Of a DNA stretch of 64,000 bases, positions 15,116 to 27,275 are shown piece after piece. How positions within the stretch are numbered: position 1 is the stretch's first letter; every line of letters starts with the position of its first letter. The DNA is from Octopus sinensis (taxonomy: Eukaryota), in contig NC_043021.1 of assembly GCF_006345805.1 (NCBI RefSeq), positions 23,126,001 to 23,190,000 on the forward strand. The letters run 5' to 3'. The notes beneath the pieces are model-generated. The model was given only the letters and a program-made list of their open reading frames with translations. It was not told where the DNA came from and searched no databases. The position numbers were made by a program, and so were the translations under genes.

Positions 15116-15441
15116 AATAAGACTCCGCCGGTTACGACGACGAGGGTCCCAGCTGATACGATCAACGGAACAGCTTGCTCGTGAAATTAACGTGCAAATG
15201 GCTGAGCATTCCACAGACACGTGTACCCTTAACGTAGTTCTCGGGGATAATCAGCGTGACACAGAGAGTGACAAGGCTGACCCTTTGAAATACAAGTACA
15301 ACTCACTTTTGCCAGCTGAGTGGACTGGAGCAACGCGAAATAAAGTGTCTTGCTCAAGGACACAACGCGTCGCCGGGAATCGAACTCACAACCTCACGAT
15401 CATGAGCCGAATGCCCTAACCACTAAGCCACGCGCCCTCAC
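15116..15441 (-). mobile_element. SINE with family D head and family B tail (alpha)
   Basis: Head gagggcgcgtggcttagtggttagggc, body ttgctccagtccactcagctggc, tail as in 41687; 14-bp TSD aagttatgaattaa at 15102-15115 and 15442-15455. Confidence 0.9.
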
Positions 15442-16379
15442 AAGTTATGAATTAATTATTATATGGATATACACGTACAGAACTTCAAATGAGGGCATGT
15501 GTGTTTGTGTGTGTATGTAATACATATACAGACATTCACTCTCACACACACACACACACACACATACGTATGCACTGCATTTTATAAATGAACTCCTGCT
15601 ACAAATATCGTTAGAGCTCCACTTTTGTTATCATATTCTAACCCAGTTTAATATTAGTGGTTAAGCACCTACTAAACTTAGTAGTAATACTAGTTACGAA
15701 ACACAGAGCAATATTAGGAAAATTTACAGTAATAAGAAGTTATACTTCCTACGTGCGTTTCAGCATCATTGTTGCAGGGAAGACTGCATTTCGACGTTCC
15801 TTGTACATTTGGATGTTTGTAAGCTTAACAAGAATAAACTATCAGGAAAACACTATTATTGTATAGATCACTATAAAGCTACTGTTCGCGTCAAGGGAGG
15901 CAATTTTGCATGCAATAGGAAATTCTTATCTATTGGTAAATATCCCACATTTATAATATTAATATTATAAAATATACTCTTTACATTCCATCAGAAAAGT
16001 GAAAATTAGTAAACTTCCTGATAACCTGCAATAATTGTCATTCCCTAAGATATATATTACTGGTTACGGAATACACAGCAAAATTAGGAAAAACTACAAT
16101 GATTGTACGTATATAAATGTGTTAGGTTTCTTACTTTAATATTGCAACACTCTCTGGATGCGTATATATTTGTTTATGATTGTACGTCATTGCGTATGTA
16201 GTTTACGTTATACACAGAAAGACAGACAGACAGATAGACAGTGGGAGTACAATAGAATTTAAAGAAGTTAATATAAGTTGTGTTACATTTGTGATTCTTT
16301 AATGCATAAACACTCGCTGTATAATTTAATACAACGCAAAGCTAAATTTCTGTATATACCAGAAGCACTGAATATACAC

Positions 16380-17260
16380 AGGAAGCCTTAGTTGTCTGCA
16401 GAGTACATTCTCAGGAAATTATAAGGAAAGAATTGCCCCAGCATAAATTGTGGTGTCCCAGTCTGTTCATTGCTCGGAGCCTGGTGGAATTAAAAACGAC
16501 AATGGAAGCAAATAAAAGAGTAAACCTCCCGGGATAAATGCTATAAGCGCTACTCTGTATAACAAAATGTCAGAGAAGCATATGGTCGATATATTATTGA
16601 TAAATGGTTAAGAGCCCGAAAGACACATCTTGTATCCTGGTAGCACCAACATGGAAACCATGTTGATGGGGGAAAAAAGAAACCGAATACTACAGGCTGA
16701 TTTCTCTGTGAAGAATACCGGAAATTTGTTTTGTAGAATGCTTCTCCATAGGATATAATTACAAAACCGAAAATATAATGCCAGAGAGAGAGGGGGGGGG
16801 AAAGAGAGAGAGACAGACATACAGACAGACAGACATACAGACATACAGACAGACAGATATACAGACAGACATACAGACAGACAGACAGCAGACAGAGAGA
16901 ATCGATTTGCTTTTAGAAGAGAAGCAGTTGACGATAGTTTGATAGTGAAAGAGATATACCCAAAATTCTTGACAAATATTAGAATATGGTGTTTGGCAAG
17001 AGCTGTGCATTTGCGAAGATTGGTATGTATCTTGGATGGCAATTGATGTAGGTTCTGGATATTTAGATAAGGGCGGGTGCAATTATTGTAGATGAGCCTG
17101 GTAAATAACGACACAAAGAGATTTATGAGAAACCTTTGGACAAAGGGGATAACACCGTGATTTGGGTTTATTTGGGATGAAAGATGAGCCTGGATTTGAT
17201 CACAAGAGGTAAAAGCTCCATGTTCAAAGACCAGAAACACTGCCCACATCCTGGAATATA
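16380..17260 (+). pseudogene. Possible decayed Merlin (ISXO2-like) transposase
   Basis: Broken frames give CPSINCG...KCYKRYSV, ELCICEDWYVSW and GAIIVDE, resembling Merlin N-terminal Cys motif, DW motif and first DDE Asp; many stops and frameshifts; judged by eye. Confidence 0.3.
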
Positions 17261-17417
17261 AATGATGATGAAACTCAAATCATGTTCGTTATGTAAACCT
17301 GAAATCTTTACAGCGATACGTTTGAATTACATCGATAGGTACACATACACACACATACATGCATACTTACATGCATATATATGTGGATGTGCGCGCGTGT
17401 CTGTGTGTTGTATACAC

Positions 17418-17451
<34 letters not shown>

Positions 17452-17712
17452 TTTACTTTGTTTCATTTATTGGACAACAATCCTAGTGGAGCACCTATTT
17501 GAAGGGTTCAATTGGGCAAATTCACCCCAAATTTATATGTGCGCGCGTATGTGTAATGAGAGTGGGGATGTTGAGGGTATAGGTGAATAAAGATTTGCAA
17601 TGCATGCCATATATGAATATATATATATGCATATTATATATGAATATATTATATATATATATATATTATATATATATATAAAGATATATATCTAAGAATA
17701 TATATATGTATC

Positions 17713-17805
<93 letters not shown>

Positions 17806-18399
17806 GCATACATACACGCACGTATACATCTGTGCGTGTGAGCATTCACAAAAAAAGGATCGTAAGCGATAAACTAACTTAAGACAAACAAACATGTTGG
17901 CTTAGAAAGCCTGACAGAAGATTCCCAAACAATGCAGACGTTTATACATCAGAAAACATAAGAATTATGCATAATCCTTTTATGATTGATGGTACACCAA
18001 AAGTGGAATCACCATTGCAAACCACTCGTGTGTATATTTATGTGTGTTCGCGTGTATGCATGTGCGTGCATTTATGTATATGTCTATATAAGATTCATAT
18101 TATGTATACATATATATATATATATGTGTATATATATATATATAATATAATATATAATATATATATATATATAGTATATATTATATAATATATATATATA
18201 CATACATAGATACGTATGCATATAATATGTATGTGTCTGTGTGTAGTGTGCCTGTATGTGTGTATGTGATTTGTAGCGATTTGCAAAGGGAATCTTTAGT
18301 TTGTTACAGATTTGCATAGCTTAACGAAGAAGTATAATACAAAGACAGGCGATCATACGCCGAAATACGCGTACTCCCGAACGCTGAACACACGCTCAT

Positions 18400-18454
<55 letters not shown>

Positions 18455-18946
18455 CGAAGAGATACTGGAATATATAAATATATGTACGTGTGTGATTTAT
18501 GCATGATCAATATAAAAGCAATCGAAATTTAACTGATAGAGGTCTCGATACATTTCTGTAGAATATAATATGTATCTTTAGAAGAAAAAATGGTGGCAGC
18601 ATTCCCGACATTTGTGTTGGGATTTGTTTCATCTGACTGTGAATTTTAAAGGAATCGAACGCCAGTTATAAACTGGGGTTTTGTTTGGCTGTACAGCGTA
18701 TCAATATCACGTGAACATGGGTTAATATGGTTGTATAGTTGACAAGAATTCTTGACAATTTCAACGCGCAAAAACGCGGATATATCCACTCAAATTTGGA
18801 TTACCGTAAGCTGCGGAAAACGGTTTTTCCCTTCAGATTTAGTGGGTAAAAAATATTTCTTTATTCTGCGAGAAGCGGAGATATCCCAGTGATACTTTTT
18901 TAGAAAAACACAATTTTGTGATTTTTCTTAATTTTTTTTTTTTCAG

Positions 18947-19082
18947 GTATATCTTCAAATATCATTGGACACAGCGAGAATCAAATGCTTTTAGTGATGG
19001 ATATGAAAATCGTACCTACAGGAGATACTTAAAAAAGTATTACAAGACTCTGAAAAACATCCATTTTGTTTCAAACAACTGA
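18947..19082 (+). CDS. Candidate terminal exon (YIFKYHWTQRESNAFSDGYENRTYRRYLKKYYKTLKNIHFVSNN*)
   Basis: Branch-like cttaat, long T tract and cag acceptor; TGA at 19080-19082 overlapped by AATAAA at 19082-19087; product not recognised. Confidence 0.3.
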
Positions 19083-19187
19083 AATAAACCATGCGATCGT
19101 GGAATGGTGAAAACGCTGCATTCACGGTGTTGGATAGACCGCTTTTCAGTTATCTTACAAAAGGCTTTCGCGTTCCAAAAGCTATTA

Positions 19188-19419
19188 CAGTAATCCCTCG
19201 ATTATCGCAGGTGTTATGTTCAGAAACACCCTGCCATGGGTGATAATCCGCGAAGTAGAAACTGTACTTTAATTTTTTTTTAATAATTTTTATAATATTT
19301 ATATATTTATTATATTATAAATGCAAAAGTACACCATGGAGGAATCGGCGTAAGCTTAAATAATAAACCGCGATAGGTGAACCGCGATAGATGTACCGCG
19401 ATATGGCGAGGGATTATTG
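19188..19419. mobile_element. Tc1/mariner (Tigger-like) MITE
   Basis: Left TA|CAGTAATCCCTCGATTATCGC; right imperfect inverted gcgatatggcgagggattattg|ca; AT-rich interior. Confidence 0.7.
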
Positions 19420-19829
19420 CACATAGCATGATATAAAAACAGTGGCTGTTGTCTAGGATCTCTTAGTATAATGGGTCAGAGCTCTAAGACGGAATACGAA
19501 AGATGTAGGGTTCGTTTCCCTCCGGGGAATTTCCAGCCTCTTTTCTGTCTTCTAAAGTGTCTTCACACCCTTCCTGCGTTCGCAAATTCCTCTATTTTCT
19601 GTTGAATACCTACTACTTCTTATATTTGCTGAACCCAAAATCATGGGGATGTACATCAGTTGTACACAAAAAAATCAGTTGCCAAGCGGTTGTGGGGGTA
19701 GAAAACAGTCACAAAGACACACACACACATAAATGTATATATATATATATATATATATATAATTATATCTATATATATATATATATACACCATGTATATC
19801 TATATGTATTTATCCATCTCTCTCTTTCA

Positions 19830-19899
<70 letters not shown>

Positions 19900-20044
19900 T
19901 ATGTATATATATACACAGAGGATATATAAATTGATAATACATGCAGATATGAAATCGATATGCAAATGTGCACAAAACCTATATATAGTTGTGCATGCTA
20001 TATATATATATATACAATATATATATATATATATATTTAGATAT

Positions 20045-20430
20045 GTTTTGTCCAAAGATTGGTCCAGGCCATGTCTAATTTAATATCACCACCTGATAGG
20101 ATTATCTATATCCTTCTTAAGCCAAATTTTGTTTATGGTCCATTCAAGGAGTGAGTTCTTGTTGAGTGAGTTGTATCCAGGAATGGGTGCCTTGTCTGAT
20201 ATTCCTTGTGGAAATTTGTCCAGACACCGTTTAAAGGTGATGGGATCCTTTTCCTCTTTGATCAGTTTTGGGACAATGTTAAACAGGGCAGGGCCCTTTG
20301 AGGAAAAGAAATTGTGTCGCAGTGTACCTAAATGTTGTGATCCTGAATTTGACAGGGCGAGTATGGCTCGTGGTCCCATCATTGGATGAACCTTGAAACA
20401 AATGTTCAGGTCGTTGGGCAATGCTAGCGT
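20045..20430 (-). mobile_element. CR1/L2-group LINE ORF2 C-terminal fragment
   Basis: FFSSKGPALFNIVPKLIKEEKDPITFKRCLDKF...DKAPIPGYNSLNKNSLLEW matches the typical ORF2 C-terminus. Confidence 0.75.
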
Positions 20431-20614
20431 TATATTCTCCACGTCGTACAAATGATGTATAAACATATATATATAATGATAAATATCGATGTGAGTTATA
20501 TATATATATAAATATAATATAGGTATATATATATATTATATATATATATAATATATATACGATATATATATATATTATATATATACATATATATATATAT
20601 ATATACAGTTATAC

Positions 20615-20648
<34 letters not shown>

Positions 20649-21523
20649 TATATATATACATATATATACATAAATATATATGTTGTGTTCTTGGCAGATC
20701 GATATTGTTGTGCTCGACAAGGAGCGTCCAGGGAATATCTGCGATTCTCATCAGCAGAGACAAACAAGAACAACTCTAAGGATTCGCATCAGGTGAAATA
20801 GAACTCATAATCTATACCCTGGTGGACTAGACAAATAAACTATTCTCTTTTGTAGAATATTAGAATATACCAATTTACTTCTCCTACAATCCCCCCATAT
20901 TCAAATCAGCGTCCAAAACTGAAACAATACAAAAGACGAGAAAGAAAAAAAAATCATTCATAGAATAATAAAAAAAAATTATAAGAGAAAAATTGAAACA
21001 AAAATACCAAAAAAAAAACCTGAAGAGCAAACAAGCAAAAATTAATAAAACAATATAAAAGACTAAATCATGAAACGCAATGGAACCACATAATTTTTGG
21101 CAAATTCGTAATTATAATGAATGTATATAGATCTTCTTAATTTTGGGTCGAAGTTTCTATTATTTTCCCCACTATATTTATACGATGTTATTCTTTTCTT
21201 CTTTTTTTTTTGTTCTGTTCTTGTAGAAATTCTCTGAAGCACAAGCGTTTGATATATTCATGTGAATCGATGATAAGGCGGAATATGTTACTGGACTCAC
21301 TAGATCGAATAACCAATCAAAGGCCATCGAGAGGAACATATTCGTACGTATGTAGTATGTGTGTAGATGTGTATGTATGCACATTTGCATATATGTATGC
21401 TGTATACATATACATATATATATATATATATTTATAGATATAAATATATATGAATGCATAGATATATATACCTTCATATATTTGCACATAGATATCTATA
21501 GAAACATATACGATTTATATTCG

Positions 21524-21563
<40 letters not shown>

Positions 21564-21722
21564 ATTATTTATATGTGTATATATATATATATAATCTATA
21601 TAATGTCTGCATATATATAAAAATATATATAGCTGTATATATATATATATATATATATGATATATATTATATATGCATACATAATACTGTACATATTACA
21701 CATATGTATATATGTATACGTC

Positions 21723-21754
<32 letters not shown>

Positions 21755-22324
21755 CCCGCGTATATACATTTATGCATATATATATAATCACATATATATG
21801 TATATACATATATAGAAATTGGTATGCACCTGTATATATGGCTGTTTGTATATATGTGTATAAGTGTGTGATATATATGTGTGTGTATCCGTGTGTGTGC
21901 GTGCGTGTCCGTACGTGTATGGGAAAGTGATTCTACGTGTTTTGTTTACAACGTGAGCTTTTTCTGTTTTTATTTTGTTTTTTCTTTTTATATATTCCAT
22001 TTTTCGCGTTTTGCTTTGTTCAGTTCGTCCGATTTGTTAAAATGTTCAATAATAAACATATTCATTTTTTTTTTTTTACACCTTATTAGATTCATTGAAT
22101 GTAATCGAACGGATGATTCCTCGCATTCGCATGGTTCTCTTCTTATTTTTCAACGAAATGAAATGAAATGGGAAATAGATTTAGGTGTTGTTTTGTTTTG
22201 TTTGGTTGTTTTTTTAATTTTTTTTTTTTTGGTTTTCTCATTTATTCATTTATAACTTGTGTATAAATATTTGTTTTCCTTATAAAAGACATCAACATAT
22301 GAGCGAGATAAAAATGTTTGCCTT

Positions 22325-22510
22325 TGTGCTTGTATTCGATCCTGACCACGGCTTGACAACCGATGTTTCTTCGTTTTCGTTCCCGTAACACAGCGGCTCG
22401 ATAGTATAAGCCCCGCGTTAAGTGATAAATACCGGGTTCGATTTACTCAGATAAACTCATGAAGGCGGTCCCCAGCACGGCCGCAGTCGAATGACTGAAA
22501 TAAGTAAAAA
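22325..22510 (+). mobile_element. SINE family C, 3' half
   Basis: gcttgacaaccgatg...cagcacggccgcagtcgaatgactgaaataagtaaaa. Confidence 0.75.
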
Positions 22511-22685
22511 GTAATTATAAAGTAGAAATTGAGGGTTCACATTGTATACACTGGATTATTTTCAGTAATAATGTTTTGCTCAATAATAATTATTTCAAAT
22601 TTTTGTGACAAGGGTAGCTAACGGATGAGTGGAATACAAAAACCCCAATGTTTAACTGGTACGTATTCTATTGACGGAGTGGCAC

Positions 22686-22960
22686 ACGAAAAACCTATTT
22701 CTTTACTACCCACAAGGGGCTAAAGACATGAAATGCCAATTTCTTTACTACCCAGAAGGAGCTAAACACAGAGGGGACAAAAAAGGTCAGACAAACGGAT
22801 TAAGTCGATTACATCGACCCCAGTGCGAAACTGGTACTTAATTTATCGAGCCCAAAAGGTTGATAGTCGACCTCAGCGGAATTTGAACTCAGAACTTAAC
22901 GGTACACGAAATATCGCTAATCATCTCATCCGTCATGCTAATGATTCTGCCAGCTCGCCG
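22686..22960 (-). mobile_element. SINE family A with partly duplicated tail
   Basis: Reverse complement of family A; tttctttactaccca occurs twice. Confidence 0.85.
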
Positions 22961-23177
22961 TTTTTTACTTTATTTTTTGTTCAATAATAATGAGTTGGTC
23001 ATGGTTGGAGAGTCCTTAAATAGGATTAATAGAATAGAGTTGGGTAATGAATTCTTCAACTTGGAGTTAATAACACCAACAATAAAAACAAATACAGCAA
23101 CAACTGCAAACCTAATAGCAATGCTAAGAATAATTTGTTAACTGGTTACCATATCAAAGAATGCTTTTGCTGCATTT

Positions 23178-23504
23178 TGTCATAAAGAATAATTCTGGCG
23201 GTAGATGAAATTGAGTAAACACTCAAGCCGGGGCATCCTATTGACGGGGCACTCTATTGACGCGGTACCCCTATTGATGGGGCACCCTGTGACCGGGGCT
23301 CACTATAGCCGGGGCACCCTATAGACGGGTTACGCTGTACTGACAGACAGACAGAAAGTCAGCAACGGAGACATAGAGGAAGACACAGACACCTTGACTG
23401 ACTAGGAGCGACAAGCAGAAAACAGTGAGAGGTTGTGCTAAACCAGAGGCCCGGCCGTATAAAAGCGCTAAGAAGTGACACGATACGAAGATGAGCTTGT
23501 TACA
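23178..23504. mobile_element. Candidate solo LTR
   Basis: TGT...GTTACA termini, 4-bp direct flank ATTT, internal 16-17-bp minisatellite, TATAAAA near 23458. Confidence 0.35.
23206..23340. repeat. Minisatellite, about 7 copies of ggggcaccctattgac-like 16-17-mer
   Basis: Direct reading. Confidence 0.85.
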
Positions 23505-23808
23505 ATTTCAAATATGCTTCAAAAATATTCGAACCCCCTAAGGCAGCCGTTTAATGCATTTCGTCAACGACAAAAATACTCGCTTTAAATGAAAAAGCTA
23601 AACCCACACTAACCCACTCCGGATTTAACAACATTTTGCCTAATAAAAATAAAGGGATAACATCGTTGCGGATAACGAGCTTTCCATTTTATCGATCTAA
23701 TCCCTCTCTGATTTCTGGCAAAATATTAGTGAGTATTCCATCGATGAGTGTGACACAGATCGTGAGACTGGATCTTCAGGATGTATAGGTACAGCTCCAT
23801 CCATGCAA

Positions 23809-24590
23809 GGCGGCGAGCTGGAAGAATCGTTAGCACGTCGGGCGAAATGCTTAGCGGTATTTCGGCTGCCGTTACGTTGTGAGTTCAAATTCCGCCGAGG
23901 TCGACTTTGCCTTTCATCCTTTCGGGGTCGATAAATTAAGTACCAGTTCCGCACTGGAGTCGATGTAATCGACTTACTCCGTTTATATGTCCTTGTTTGT
24001 CCTCTCTGTGTTTAGCCCCTTGTGGGTAATAAAGAAATAGGTATTTCGTCTGCCGTTACGTTGTGAGTTCAGATTCCGTCGAGGTCGACTTTGCCTTTCA
24101 TCCTTTCGGGGTCGATAAATTAAGTACCAGTTACGCACTGGAGACGATGTAATCGACTTACTCCGTTTATATGTCCTTGTTTGTCCTCTCTGTGCTTAGC
24201 CCCTTGTGGGTAATAAAGAAATAGGTATTTCGTCTGCCGTTACGTTGTGAGTTCAAATTCCGTCGAGGTCGACTTTGCCTTTCATCCTTTCGGGGTCGAT
24301 AAATTAAGTACCAGTTACGCACTGGAGACGATGTAATCGACTTACTCCGTTTATATGTCCTTGTTTGTCCTCTCTGTGCTTAGCCCCTTGTGGGTAATAA
24401 AGAAATAGGTATTTCGTCTGCCGTTACGTTGTGAGTTCAAATTCCGTCGAGGTCGACTTTGCCTTTCATCCTTTCGGGGTCGAGAAATTAAGTACCAGTT
24501 ACGCACTGGAGTCGATGTAATCGACTTACTCCGTTTATATGTCCTTGTTATCCTCTATGTGCTTAGCCCCTCGTGGGTAATAAAGAAATA
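23809..24590 (+). mobile_element. SINE family A tandem tetramer (184-bp period)
   Basis: Units start at ggtatttcg 23856, 24040, 24224 and 24408; flanking direct repeat ataggtacagctcca at 23785-23799 and 24588-24602. Confidence 0.95.
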
Positions 24591-24993
24591 GGTACAGCTC
24601 CAACGACATTCCGTCACACATTTTCCGTTTGTACGATTTTTCAGGTAATTATATTATCGACGCAAAATTTAGTGAATAATTTTCCTGTGCAGTAATAATC
24701 CGCCTGGCGAAATCGAAACTATTACCGCAACGATAAAGAAGAGCAGATTACCGCTTGAAATAAATATTATAAATGCGTCTCAGAGAAACAGCAAAGCCTT
24801 CCAACTGACTCTCTCTCTCTCTCCTCTCTCTCTCCCCCTCTATTTGTCTCTCTATATATCGTTTCCTGTATCTCGTTCTAAATCTTACTCTTTCTCTTCC
24901 TCAGTCTCAATATTACTACATATGTTGCCATTATTATTGTATTGAATGTCTTTGGAACAGGGCAGAATGTTCGTTTCTTCTATTTCTTATTCA

Positions 24994-25030
<37 letters not shown>

Positions 25031-25661
25031 GTAGTAGTAGTAGTAGTATTTATTATTTTGCTTTGTATTGTTTTGTTTTTATCTTTTGTGTTCTTTTACC
25101 TTCTTGTTTGATAATGGGAATAGAGAAACATGCGGGGGGGGGCTGGCGGTTAAGAAGTAACGGAGGTACGGTTATGTCAGCTCATAAATGTCTATCTTAT
25201 TGATCTTAAGAGACACTCCTGATAGATTAGGTATTATATAGCTCCCCGTTGGGCATCGTCATAAATCTGAAAGACTTGTCTTTGATAGAGATAACTTATA
25301 GACGTTTCGACTCTAAATTTGGAACGACTTGGTCGTATCGATCAGGATAATTGCTTGATTTAGCCAGGGAAGGCGGGGAAACAGGTGGTGACGGACGAAG
25401 AGATTTAGTCTGTAGCGATGAAGGTGGTGGTGGTGGTGGTGGTGGCGGTGGTGGTGGTGGAAAAAGTGGTCCGGGTGTGTGAGATATTGCTGTTAGGCAA
25501 TGAGGAGGGGTTGGGGGTTGGGGGCTGAAAGGAAAAAAAGAAGAATGAAGTAGGAAAAACAAATATAAAGTGTATTATCAGGATATATATGTATGTATAC
25601 ATACATATACATATATATATATACATATATATATATACGTATATACATACACACACACACG

Positions 25662-25704
<43 letters not shown>

Positions 25705-25844
25705 GTCGTTGTCCAGATAAATTGTATTGAATCATTCTATTATATTAATTTGCTACGTGTATGTATGTGTGGACATACATATCTATCTTTTATCTATCTA
25801 TCTATCATCTTCCACTCTCTATATACATATATATGTGTGTGTAA

Positions 25845-25896
<52 letters not shown>

Positions 25897-26036
25897 ATAC
25901 ACATATATATATATCTACATATACACATATATATCTACATGTATATATATATACATATATGTTTATATATCAATACACACACGCGTGAACACACAATGAG
26001 AAAAAGAATAAGATACAGACTTCGAAATAAATGAAC

Positions 26037-26076
<40 letters not shown>

Positions 26077-26139
26077 ATGTGTGCGTAAATGTATATCTAT
26101 TCATACATTTATATATTTCTATACATTTATTCAAATCCA

Positions 26140-26170
<31 letters not shown>

Positions 26171-26496
26171 GTTTATAATGAGAGTGAGAAAGAGAGATAG
26201 AGTGAAAGAAAGAGAGAGAGAAGAATACATACTCAAATGCACTCGCACTACACATGTTCGTCAAAAAGTTTTAACCCATCAAAAAGCGTTTTATTTTTTA
26301 AATCTAAATCTCGACCTGAAGGTGCCGATTTAAAAAGAAATTACTGGTTGATAGAGAAGAAAAGGGAACGTAGAGAAATTAAATCAATTGCACAATATAA
26401 ACTGCAGTCTGTCGGTTCCCCAGTCGGACATATATAAGCGAAAATCGAAATAGCATGTTTAAACTTCTCGCCAGGAATGCTTGCAGCTGCTATGTA

Positions 26497-26557
<61 letters not shown>

Positions 26558-26789
26558 ATCCAAACGTGAAAACACAAAGAGAAGCTTATATTAAATAGCA
26601 ACTTTGTCAACCAAGTAATGTATTTCTGTGTAAGGACACAAAAGCGATATATTGCATTGTGTAAAAATGTCGCGTATGAATGACAAACGTTTCAGTACCA
26701 AAACACATGTCGCTGTTATCACTTTCCTGTGTAGCTATGTTGATATTATTGTATATATAATAGTGATTTCTTTATATCTTTAGAGGTAC

Positions 26790-27275
26790 TGGTATGACTG
26801 TATGGTAAGGAGTTTGCTCGCCAAATATGTTTCCGGCTTCAGTCACACAGCGTGGCATTTTTGGGTTTTTTTTTTTAGCATATGTATTCCATTGTAAACC
26901 TGGACCATCCAATGACAAAGGAATAGATTTGGCAGACTTTAAAAATATGGCTGTGTCTGCCTCTGTGATTTTGTTTGTGCATTTGTGTGTGATTTGTATG
27001 TGTGCGTGTGCGTGAGCGCGTGATTGTTCTTTCTCATGCGTGTGTGCGACTGTGTTTGTGTGTGTTTGTGTGAGTTTGTTCGCGTGTGTATTTGTTTGTT
27101 TTTTTTACCATCGCTTGAAAACTTGTGTCGATGTGTTTAAAACCCTCTGACTTAGTGGTTCGATAACATAGACATATATATTAAGTACTGAGTTTTATAA
27201 AATAAGTACATAACATTCTGCAGGCGATTGAAAGTAGTACTCCAGCATGGCCGCATACAAACGATTGAAAGAAGC
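26790..27275 (+). mobile_element. SINE family C, old degenerate copy
   Basis: gactgtatggtaaggag...ccggcttcagtcacacagcgtggc; 3' ctccagcatggccgca. Confidence 0.6.

Noticed and set aside
25290-25360. Minus-strand ctgatcga...gaaacgtc hammerhead-like words
   Set aside because: Stems I and II do not pair.
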